A stretch of DNA of 55,866 nt, from NCBI GenBank assembly GCA_002269645.1, contig NIVC01004191.1:1-55866 (forward strand). Reading direction: 5' to 3'. The position numbers and the translations under genes were made by a program. The notes below the pieces were generated by a model that searched no databases, was not told where the DNA came from, and saw only the letters and a list, made by a program, of their open reading frames with translations. The first letter of the stretch is position 1. Every line of letters begins with the position of its first letter. This DNA is from Macrostomum lignano. Taxonomy: Eukaryota. Shown in pieces: positions 1-10,932 of this stretch.

Positions 1-75
1 TTTCTGATAGTTAATCATTGCCAACATTTTCTAGTTTACTTATGCGCTTGGTGCTCACGAGCAGCAGCAGCAGCA

Positions 76-914
76 AGCAGGCGCTGGCCGGTAGGACGGG
101 CCATGGGTGACTGTAATCTGCTACTCGGGTGAGTGTGGCCGGAACAATTGGCGATTTGCTCGTTGCGATCGAAGCGGCACTTGCCCGCCTGGCTGAGCTC
201 CTCCGTAGTGGCGGCAGCCCGGCCATTACTGTCAGGCTGTGCACGGATTCCCGTGCCGGCCTCCAAACGATTCTGCGCGGCCCGACCGTTGCGGCGGACG
301 ATGTCACCCGATGCGTCTGGGCTAATATCGCTGCCCTGCCGAGTGGCTGCAAAATTCACTTGCAATCGGTGCCGGGTCACGCTAACCTCCCTGGAACGAA
401 GCGGCTGATGAGTTGGCCGGGAGAGCTACCGAGACTCAACAACAGCCTAATTCCGTCACCCCTATCGCCGCTAGGACTGCCATCAATCATGTTATCCGAG
501 GTTGGCGAAAAACGCGAGACCACATGCACCCGTATCCGAGCCCGACGCCTGGACGACGATTTCCCGAGATGGGGCCAGGTCACCCTTTGCCAGCTGAGAA
601 CGCGCAAATCCCCCTCACGCGCGACACACTCCACCGATTCGGCCTCACTACTGACGACCGATACATTACCCGTGGAGAGTCGGACTCGGTCGAGCATCTG
701 CTCCTAACCTGCCCAGGCTACCACCAGGCTCGCATCCCGGCATCAGCGTTGATTGGAATACCGTGCTGGGGGGCGAGGGCAGCCTCCTCTGTGATTACCT
801 GCGGAGGGTGGGCCGCCAAAAACCGCCTATAGACGATCCAGGTGGCAGAGCAGCCCCGACCCGGCCTCCCGCGGGCGGCCGCAGGTCGGAGTGAAGAGAG
901 AGAGAGAGAGAGAG
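76..914 (+). mobile_element. 5'-truncated non-LTR retrotransposon 3' end (RNase H domain + C-terminal Cys/His motif, I/ingi-like group), frameshifted, with (AG)n tail
   Basis: ORF 129-707 has RNase H motifs (VAIEAAL, LCTDS, HLQSVPGHA). After a frameshift it continues NEAADELAGRA, then VTLCQLRT and DSVEHLLLTCP. (AG)n tail at 895-914. Flanked by AGC repeats at 60-74 and 913-918/4911-4919. Confidence 0.85.
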
Positions 915-918
915 CAGC

Positions 919-3900
919 ACTACATATCGCGCCAAAAGTGTTGATTTTCAGATGTTTTGACGCAAAAAACGCAAATTATACTACTATCTGAAAATGAAGT
1001 AAGTAGTATACAACAACGCTATCCTAAGCGTGATATGGCAATATGTAGTCGTAATAATCCATGTGCTCATATATGTACATTAATCCCATGTACTGCATTA
1101 ATCCCTATCTATCTCAAATTGTAAATGTACATTGTCTACTTCCATGTCTATCCCAATTCTACATGTGTATTGTCAACTTGTACAATCCTTCTATATGTAC
1201 ACTTGCGCATTAATCTACTTCTATGACAATTTTTATATGTACAGTACATTATGTACATTAATCCCCAATCTACACGACGGCCCCCGCTCTGCGTATTTGA
1301 ATCGTCAACCCCACAAGATTATATGTACAACTCGAAACACTAATTGTTACGTGTACAGCACAGTATATGCGCAGAGGTGGGTCGGTGTGTGCGCGCCAAC
1401 TGTACAATCTCACCTACTACCAAATGAGTCAACTAACATCCAAGTTTTACAGAACACGTCATATATGCATATTTATATGTGAATTACTCAAAACCAAATG
1501 TAACTGATTACGCCATACTACCATTAGTAGAGTTTACAAGTCGAGATTCTTACTGAAAAAGATTACATTCATAATTTTACATTTTTATATTGAAAAAGCT
1601 GATATCATGTTTATTTTCAACTATTTTCAATAGTATTTCAAAATATTTTCAAAATATTTTCAATATTTTCAATTTTCAATAGTTGAAACAGAGAGCATGC
1701 AGAAGCGCCCACCCACCCAAATTATACCCAAAATTTGCAAAGCGGCCGCACATCCAAGAATTAACTCTTCATATTCCGCTGACCCTCAAAAGCAAACAGT
1801 GTACGCAGAAACCGCCGCCCATCCCCAAAATTGGCGGAGGAGGCATGAGTTAGCCAAAAATTGCTGTCCACACTGTTATATCCACTCCTTTTATACTTCA
1901 TCCCTCTAGAATTCCGCCCTCGTCGCCACTCCGAGACAATTACGTCATTCCCAACCCCTCTCCCGAGTCAAAAAAGTTTTCAAAAAGACGTATATATATG
2001 ATACGTATACGATTTATTTAGTCGGCCTCTAAATTCAAGACTGTGAAAGCAATGTTTTATATGTTTCGTATCACAGTGCGGATGATACAAGACCCTTGTC
2101 GCACTTTATCCGCAAAATATGCCACTGACGCTGGTGTACACTATGGAATTAATTATGTTGCATGTTGAATCACCCTTTATCTCCGGCCATATTCAAAATT
2201 CAACCCCAAGACTTGTTCGAAAACATCCACCCCTCAGCAGACCCCTATATAGCAAATCGAATAGAACCACTCGTCCCTGTTTCTCTCTGCACCCTTCTAA
2301 ATGCCAAGGAATTTCGACCCCTCTCTCCATTTTCAGTGTACAAACAGATCTTTTCACAGCACGGACCCTATATTAAACCTCATTCAGCAAAACCCCTCTT
2401 CTCCAATTACGTCATCCATGCCGCCCCAGTTAGCAAGAAACTAACTTTCAATGCACACATCAACCCCACGAATCTGAGCAAATCCGAGTCAACCTCCAAC
2501 TGCATCGACCCAATACCCCTGCATCTGTCAATGTACACAGCCTATGAATCAGTGTCTCCTCTGCATACAATTCCGAGACTGAATTCTATAGATGTGTTTT
2601 GTCAAAGAAATACTTTGGCACTATAACCAATGCGGTATACTAGAAGTAGTGAAGTCCACCCGCCCAAAAACGTGCTGCTATGCCAATTCTATCGCTTCCA
2701 CTACCCTCTCACTAAAAGCTTTCAGACTCTATGAAAGTTCGATCGCTCGAAGCAGGAATGAAATACCCACGGACCTCTCCAAGTTGGAATTCCGTCATTT
2801 CATAAAAGGCGAATTTTCTCCTGTTTCTTTAATTTTAACATTAAAAGTTAGACTTTGTTGATCAAAATCAGTAATTTCATCACTGGAAACCATCATTTCA
2901 ACAGCTAATTTGCCCAAATGCCGTTTCAACTTTACTTGAGACGGCTTCGAAGCAAGAATGATCCCACACGGAAGTCCACAAGCCAGCCCAGCCTAAGAAA
3001 TGGTTAATAGAGGCTAAATTATTAGAAATGCAAACTTTTTTCATGAAAAACACGAGTTTTCCTCATTTTTTCGATTTTTAACGTTAAAATGCTTACTTTA
3101 TGGATCGAAATCTGTCATTTTATCAATAGAGATAATAATGTTAGCTAATTTGCACGTTTTTGGGCGGGTGGACTTCACTACTTCTAGTATACCGCATTGG
3201 TTATAGTGCCAAAGTATTTCTTTGACAAAACACATCTATAGAATTCAGTCTCGGAATTGTATGCAGAGGAGACACTGATTCATAGGCTGTGTACATTGAC
3301 AGATGCAGGGGTATTGGGTCGATGCAGTTGGAGGTTGACTCGGATTTGCTCAGATTCGTGGGGTTGATGTGTGCATTGAAAGTTAGTTTCTTGCTAACTG
3401 GGGCGGCATGGATGACGTAATTGGAGAAGAGGGGTTTTGCTGAATGAGGTTTAATATAGGGTCCGTGCTGTGAAAAGATCTGTTTGTACACTGAAAATGG
3501 AGAGAGGGGTCGAAATTCCTTGGCATTTAGAAGGGTGCAGAGAGAAACAGGGACGAGTGGTTCTATTCGATTTGCTATATAGGGGTCTGCTGAGGGGTGG
3601 ATGTTTTCGAACAAGTCTTGGGGTTGAATTTTGAATATGGCCGGAGATAAAGGGTGATTCAACATGCAACATAATTAATTCCATAGTGTACACCAGCGTC
3701 AGTGGCATATTTTGCGGATAAAGTGCGACAAGGGTCTTGTATCATCCGCACTGTGATACGAAACATATAAAACATTGCTTTCACAGTCTTGAATTTAGAG
3801 GCCGACTAAATAAATCGTATACGTATCATATATATACGTCTTTTGAAAACTTTTTTGACTCGGGGAGAGGGGTTGGGAATGACGTAATTGTCTCGGAGTG

Positions 3901-4910
3901 GCGACGAGGGCGGAATTCTAGAGGGATGAAGTATAAAAGGAGTGGATATAACAGTGTGGACAGCAATTTTTGGCTAACTCATGCCTCCTCCGCCAATTTT
4001 GGGGATGGGCGGCGGTTTCTGCGTACACTGTTTGCTTTTTGAGGGTCAGCGGAATATGAAGAGTTAATTCTTGGATGTGCGGCCGCTTTGCAAATTTTGG
4101 GTATAATTTGGGTGGGTGGGCGCTTCTGCATGCTCTCTGTTTCAACTATTGAAAATTGAAAATATTGAAAATATTTTGAAAATATTTTGAAATACTATTG
4201 AAAATAGTTGAAAATAAACATGATATCAGCTTTTTCAATATAAAAATGTAAAATTATGAATGTAATCTTTTTCAGTAAGAATCTCGACTTGTAAACTCTA
4301 CTAATGGTAGTATGGCGTAATCAGTTACATTTGGTTTTGAGTAATTCACATATAAATATGCATATATGACGTGTTCTGTAAAACTTGGATGTTAGTTGAC
4401 TCATTTGGTAGTAGGTGAGATTGTACAGTTGGCGCGCACACACCGACCCACCTCTGCGCATATACTGTGCTGTACACGTAACAATTAGTGTTTCGAGTTG
4501 TACATATAATCTTGTGGGGTTGACGATTCAAATACGCAGAGCGGGGGCCGTCGTGTAGATTGGGGATTAATGTACATAATGTACTGTACATATAAAAATT
4601 GTCATAGAAGTAGATTAATGCGCAAGTGTACATATAGAAGGATTGTACAAGTTGACAATACACATGTAGAATTGGGATAGACATGGAAGTAGACAATGTA
4701 CATTTACAATTTGAGATAGATAGGGATTAATGCAGTACATGGGATTAATGTACATATATGAGCACATGGATTATTACGACTACATATTGCCATATCACGC
4801 TTAGGATAGCGTTGTTGTATACTACTTACTTCATTTTCAGATAGTAGTATAATTTGCGTTTTTTGCGTCAAAACATCTGAAAATCAACCACTTTTGGCGC
4901 GATATGTAGT
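919..4910. mobile_element. Foldback-type non-autonomous DNA element: inverted arms 919-2675 and 3152-4910 around a 476-bp spacer
   Basis: Mirrored identical ORFs (2162-2626+/3201-3665-; 1132-1482+/4346-4696-). Only about two 1-bp indels noticed between arms. Termini ACTAC...GTAGT flanked by AGCAGC on both sides (3- or 6-bp TSD). No transposase seen. Confidence 0.85.
3880..3958 (+). promoter_or_regulatory. Outward-facing Pol II promoter-like motif set in the right foldback arm (mirror copy ~1869-1947 on the - strand)
   Basis: TGACGTAA (3880-3887), GGGCGG (3908-3913), TATAAAA (3932-3938) and a possible initiator ~20 bp downstream, in canonical order. Confidence 0.35.
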
Positions 4911-5917
4911 AGCAGCAGCCGCTATCCGTGCCCTCGGAGCATCCCATTTCTTCCCACAAAGGAGGGGTAACAATGTTGAGGTTGGAGCAAGAGAATAAAA
5001 TTATGGATCTAAGCATAAGAATGACTCTGAACTGAATACAATTTTTACATCGTCTTGGCTTTTTACTCGTATTGGCAAATGTGTACGAATATTCCGCAAA
5101 AAACATTGCCAGAAACACATGTAAAAAGATATACATGTAAAAATCTAAATGCAGTAGAAATGATTTCTTATGGCTTGAAAAAACCTTCTTTCCGGAAAAA
5201 TTTCCATTAAATTTCATTTATTGTCTGTACAGTGGTCTGTCTTGTATAGCGTACACAGATCAGCAGTACGGCGCTCTGGACTGGACAGTGAAAGTTCGTT
5301 AAGTGGGTTAGGAAAAATTTTGCGTCTTTCTATACTGTACATTCATGCTGGATGACAAGCGGAGGGTGTAGCGCCACGTACCACTTTGGAGAACGGATTT
5401 CGTCTCCCCCATCTCCCCTTCTTGGCTGCTCCACTGCAAATGCAACTGTCTTAAACAGTCCTTAGAATAATAATTTGGTAAAGTGCAGATTTCAGTAAGG
5501 CAAAACAGAACTTTCTGCTGCAAACATTCATACCAACCGGCCATTAAAGAGCATTTTGAAAGTGGATTCGTCTCATTTTGGCTGCTGACAGTACTTTCAA
5601 CTTGTATATAATGCTTGCACGAATAAATGCGCATTCTGGGCATACAAGGTACTAAAATATTGTATATAGCATTTTGAACAGTTAAAGCTGTACGTTGAAG
5701 TGAAATGAAAATTGGGTAAGAGAAATAAACGTCTACTATTACGTACATTCATACCTTCTACAATCACAGCTGAACATAATGGGAGCGCACAAGTCTCATT
5801 TTAAGCAGTAGACAGTACTTGAAGCTGGCATATAATGCATATATGCTTGCTCTTAAAGGCACATAAATGCTATAAATGTTTCACGAGCCAACAAGGAACT
5901 AAAACTTCCAACTATCC

Positions 5918-8546
5918 ATGACTAGCCTGCAGTCGTTAGACCAGCTGGAGTGCCATTTCACCTGGAAACCAGATGATAACTGCACAAACTCAAACATCGA
6001 TGAAGTGATCGAAAAGACGAAGAAAAAGATAAAGCGCGAGCCTCACAAAAAGGCCGCATACCTGGCAACCATAGCATACCTGTACACTCGCAGACGCGTC
6101 AAAAAGTTCGACTTGGCCAAGAAACATCTCGATGAAGCGTTGGAAATTGATGCACAAATACAGCAAGACAGTCAGGAAGACTGCATGGTGTCAAGCGAGT
6201 TGGTTATCAGGGCCGACATGCTGCACCTCAAGCAGCTGAGCAGAGGAAAAGGCAGGCCACTAAGACCTGAAGAACTCGAAACAGACATGCAGAGACTGAA
6301 CGAACTCTGGACTGACCCAAACAGCAAGGCTCGAGCGTTTGCAGCGAAGGGAGTCGCTTTCGACTGCTTTGGTCCAATGAAATACGCCATTGGCGCCAGT
6401 GCCTTCGCCGAGGCGTCAAGGATCCTATTGGACCACAGCAAGGCGTGCAACTTTACTGGCTCTATGGCGAAGCCTACTTAAGAGCTCGTTGCGATAGGCA
6501 GACGGCGAATAAACACGCTGACAGAGTTCAGTTGGACCTATGGAGAAGGGCAAAAGACGTCGGTGAGAAGAAAGGTCTCACGACGGCTACATTCTACGCG
6601 AACTATGCTGAAGCCATTCTGCACAACTACCGGTATTCCAGTCTGTGCCAAGGCTTGGCCGAAAAGGCTGCAAATCTTCTACTAGGAATGGATAAAGAGC
6701 AGAAAGAGCAGTCACAAGTCGTGTACATAATTTGCCTGAAAGTGTTTCGGTATCTTTTAAGAAAGTCAAACTCAAACAATTTAAAGGCCATTAGAAATCG
6801 GCTGTTTGAGGATGCTAAAGAAGTGGCAAGCGTATCTGACGATCCTGGATTCTTCCTTGAGCTTTCCAAAGAAGCTCTAAGCTCCGGCCATAAGAGGAGG
6901 CGGTCCAGCTGCTTGAAGAGGGCCAGGAAAAGCAGGTGAGCCGGGTCACATCTGGATTGAGTTGAAAATTATAGAGCTTCAGCGAGAACAATGGGGAAAA
7001 GACACAGCTGTAGACGCGTACGACTCTCTACGAGAAACCTTCAGGGTCTACAACAAAAATGTCGCCACAGTCGAGTTTTACAAGGCCATGTACCTAATAA
7101 AATTGGAGAAACAAAGGAGGCTGTAGAATCGTGCGTTGCTGCCTTTGAGCTGAGAAAACATTGGACCAAATATGGCCCAACCAGAAGGAAAACTTTCTTC
7201 GACTGCTGAACCAGAATCAGGAAGGGTTTGAAGAGTACCTGGCTTGGTATGCCGAAAACATCGGGACATTCAAAGTTCAGCTCGACGTCGAAGGCCTCTA
7301 CAGGACGGCTCTGGGGCGAGACGACAAAAACGATTTCGCTCTGGAGCATCTGGGTCGCCATTTTATGAAGAATGATGAATTTTCTAAGGCCGCTGCAAGT
7401 TTTAGAAAATTGTCCAGTGATTACGAGAACAAGCAAGCACTGATAGCTGAGTCGCTACTCAGAGACCCCGCCTCGGATTTGACGAAGTTGATGGAGTGTC
7501 TCGAGTGCGGATGTCGCGATGCGGCTCCTCGAATTTTCGACATTCTCGAGCGACGAAAGTCCGAACAGAAAACTGCCGAAAGGGTGATGGCGGATGCGTC
7601 AACATCATCTCAAGCTGGAAAAGACCCGCTGTTCTTCCGCCGAGAATTGTACGAGCTGTGCGCCAAGATCGAACTCACTCTGGACGATTCCAGCAGCTTC
7701 TTTATTGAAACTGAATTGGATTCGGACGATTTCAAGAAGTCTTTAAAGCTCAGAATTGCTGAGTTCTTGGAGCTCAATCTGCTAACGAGCAAGGCGGGCT
7801 CGACTCGGTCAGCTGAAGGCGCTGGCGATCGCGGAAACCTCATGAGATCGAATCGATTTCTCATGACGAAGCTGCAGATAAAAGAGACTGACATAGGACT
7901 TCAAGAAATGAACAACATGATCGTCTCGGTGCTGAAGGAGGCAAAGGAAGTCCTCGATCGGTCGCTGGCAGTTCGGCTTAAGGGATCGGGTCGAGAGTTT
8001 TCATACCCTCACGCGTTTGGCCAGTTAAAGAAGCAGCTTGGAGATGACTATAAAAAGCAGTTCAAACAGCTGAGTTCGGAGACAGAGCGGAAGGCATTCG
8101 AGCTCGAGTCGCTGATGAAGCTGCTCAAAGAAAACAAAGATGCTGCATCGCTTGAAAAGGTGCGAAAATGCCTGCTAGAAGAATTGAAGCGAATTGATCC
8201 CAACTTTCACCAATCGAGAGACACCAGAGACGTCTTTAACTTCATGGTGAGTCGTGAGCACAGAATTCTGTCAAGTGAGGACAGCTGGATTGTCCGCTGG
8301 GTCTACCCAGTAAACAGCGAGAAGCACTCGACTGAGATTGCAGTCAAGGGGCTCAATCAGCAGCTCAAATCTGATTGGTCGGGAGGCGGAGAGTGTCGAA
8401 GGGCGGCCTACGACGTGGCGCATCTGGCAGCAGAGTTCGCTGAGGAGACGTGGGCCGTCTTCTCCGATGGAGTTGGCGTCTCAAGTTTATCTGCTTCTGG
8501 TGCTCAGAACCAGAAGAATAAGTCTGAGTTGCAACGAGAGGCTTAA
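5918..8546 (+). CDS. Intronless IFIT-like TPR protein with extended C-terminus (~877 aa after repairing five -1 frameshifts); C-terminal ~7900-8470 putatively HEPN-like
   Basis: N-terminus SLDQLECHFTW matches the IFIT hallmark L.CHFTW. KGVAFDCFGPMKYAIGASAFAEA resembles IFIT [22 protein letters not shown]. Helical TPR-like segments follow. The ORF pieces 5918-6481, 6445-6939, ~6894-6960, ~6947-7125, ~7114-7209 and 7161-8546 join by successive -1 shifts with no stop on the joined path. TATAAAT at 5871. Confidence 0.75.
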
Positions 8547-8759
8547 CATTAAGCTTACATGCGTCTCATCGCAAGTAAGAGTGATATTTTCTCCGTTCTA
8601 CTGAAAGTGTTTTTTAATCGCTATAGCTACTCGTAGATTCGGTATTGCATGTAAGTTGATTGAATTCGATTACTTTATTTTTTAGAGTTTAAGTTTTTTA
8701 TTCTATTTTTTTGCATACGAAACTATTATTGAGTCAAACTCAATATGCCAATCCACAAT

Positions 8760-9000
8760 TCTCAAGATAACTCAAATTTTTGTCTGGTTGCAAGCGTTTC
8801 TCCTGTAACTTTGCTGAGAGGTTTAAGTCGCACAGCAACGAATCAAGAGTTTTTTTATACTCGTTTTTGTAGTCATGAGTTTTATGTAAGAGTTTTAAAA
8901 CAGGTTACTCATAAGTACGGTGTATCTATTGATATTACATCAGTCCATAACCGTAAATTTACAAACTTTAAATATTTCGATGTTTCCTGGGTAGCGACAC
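8760..9000 (-). pseudogene. Diverged fragment of an IFIT-like paralog (middle region), inverted
   Basis: Minus-strand YPGNIEIFKV (8993-8964) and DYKNEYKKTLDSLLCD (8874-8827) align in register with YAENIGTFKV and DYENKQALIAESLLRD of the main gene. Stops are present. Confidence 0.5.
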
Positions 9001-9234
9001 CTTGTTTAGCGCACTCTTGATTGCTATTTGAACAAAATATAAAGTTCGTCGCTTATTGCTTTCAATTTTGAAGATTCTACAAAACGGCAAAGATAATTTA
9101 CTTCCAGGTCGTATAAACCTTACTTGCTTTGCTAAGAGAAGAGGGCCTTGACAAGCAGGGAGAATTTGAGAAGTTAGACTAGCAACCTTCGGCCCCCATA
9201 GGAGAGGCAACAAAAAAGGGATAATATTTTTGCT

Positions 9235-9425
9235 ACCCAAAGATAACACCCCTAAAAGGGTAATAACCTTACCTGAAAGGAATAGTGTATATCCTTACTC
9301 AAGGATAATATACCTACCCAAAGATAACGCCCCCCCTACCCATATGATAATTCCCCTACCCAAAGATAATGCCCCCCCCCCCCTATCCATATGATAATTC
9401 CCCCACCCAAAGCCAAGGATAATAT
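9235..9425. repeat. Degenerate short tandem repeat (CCCAAAGATAA.GCCCCCC / CCCATATGATAATTCCCC units)
   Basis: Repeated CCCAAAGATAA and ATATGATAATTCCCC motifs are directly visible. Confidence 0.7.
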
Positions 9426-9626
9426 CACTATTGATACATTTAAAAAATTCAGCAGGCGATTTTCTTGCAATACTTGGTGGAAACAAGCACTGAAACAGTT
9501 TTAATCCATCTCCATCGATAAAAGGCAGTGTAAAAATGGTTATAACCTAGTTCGATGATCGCTGGGATTAACGTTCCAGAAAACCTACTTCTGTCATGCA
9601 CAATACGAGCGTTAAACATCACATAA

Positions 9627-10015
9627 TGTTCCCGAATTTTGATATTGAAAGACTTTGAGTGCCACTTTACCTGGCAACTCGGAGTGGCCTCATCAGCTCC
9701 GACTCCGGCCTGTAGAGTTAGACCATTCATAAATCCCTACTATAAGTAGAGTACACACCCAGTAAATTTATAAAAGCATGATGATGTTGCTATGTATGAC
9801 ACAAGAGATAAATCATGATTAGCTGAAAGAAGACGGGAACTTTCTGGTGGACCTGATTGCCGATAGTAAATTGATTATTAGGGCGCATCACTGTGTTAGA
9901 CTGAATAATTTTCGCAAAGAAAATCTGCACTCGTGTACGGCTACATGTAATTCCAGATTCGAAGAAGAGAACTACGCGCACTGGAACTACTATAAGAGGA
10001 GCCTGCAGCAACAGT
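9627..10015 (+). pseudogene. Degenerate N-terminal fragment of a second IFIT-like paralog
   Basis: LILKDFECHFTWQL (ECHFTW at 9657-9674). Downstream SKLIIRAH resembles SELVIRAD of the main gene. In-frame stops and frameshifts are present. Confidence 0.7.
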
Positions 10016-10077
10016 AAATGAGAAATAAATTGTTCCCTTGCAGACTTGCGGTCTGGAAGTGAGAGTTCGGGCGTTTA

Positions 10078-10555
10078 CACGTCTGCCTCCCGACCAATCA
10101 CAGCACAGCTGCTGATCGACCTCCTTCACTGCATGGAACCACGACAGTCAAGTGTTTCTCGCTGTTCACCAGGGAAGTGGTCAAACCAGCTGTCCTCACT
10201 AGAAAGAATTCAGAACAAGAACTTTACATAATTTCAAGCGATGCAGCATCTCTGCTTGTTTTCCGTAAGTAGCTTCATCAGCGACTCGAGCTTGAATGCC
10301 TTCCACTCTATCCAAACCCAGCTCGATAAACTGCTTAATATATAGTCGCAACGTCCAAGCTGCTTCTTCAATTAGCCAAACGCGTGAGAATATGAGCCCT
10401 AGACCCAGAATCATGGACGAATGAGTCCTTGAAATCTGCTATGCATGATTCATCCCTGAACATCCATGGTCCCTTGCATGTTCCTCGACCCGATCCTCTA
10501 ATTGTCGAACTGCCAGCGACCGATCGAGGACCTCCTTCGCCTCCTTCAGCACGAC
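10078..10555 (-). pseudogene. Inverted copy of the C-terminal (HEPN-like) region of the IFIT-like gene (corresponds to ~7925-8400)
   Basis: DNA-level matches such as GTGCTGAAGGAGGC.AAGGA.GTCCTCGATCGGTCGCTGGCAGTTCG, GGAAGGCATTC.AGCTCGAGTCGCTGATGAAGCT and GATTGGTCGGGAGGC. SEDSW and NSEKH (10166-10152) are retained. Indels disrupt the frame. Confidence 0.85.
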
Positions 10556-10932
10556 TTTACGGATTTTATTGCCACAAACCACTCGAATCTGAACAATTAC
10601 ATTGTGTTTCTAGAAGAATCATTGGCACTATCCAAAGCCTACCTGTCAGAGAAAATTTTTAGTATAAAAGCTGACGACAAATACAATGCAATGCTATCCT
10701 TGGTTTTTCGGAGATTTCCACAGCGCTGTAATTTTCTTCTTCTGTAGAAGCAGTTTAAGCATAGATCGAAGCAGAATTGTTTCCTTGCTTTCAAGAACAT
10801 AATCGTTGTTTATTTTTAAGTGCTCGTAGTTTTTTAAACAAACATACATAAGATTTCGTTAATTCCTTAATCGCTCATACTACGCTCGTATTGACGTTAC
10901 TTTCACAATTTCCCTAAAAAACTTACTTTATA

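Noticed and set aside
5918-8546. Programmed ribosomal frameshifting as the explanation for the -1 shifts
   Set aside because: Five sites without consistent slippery heptamers, and similar deletions occur in usherin; assembly error is simpler.
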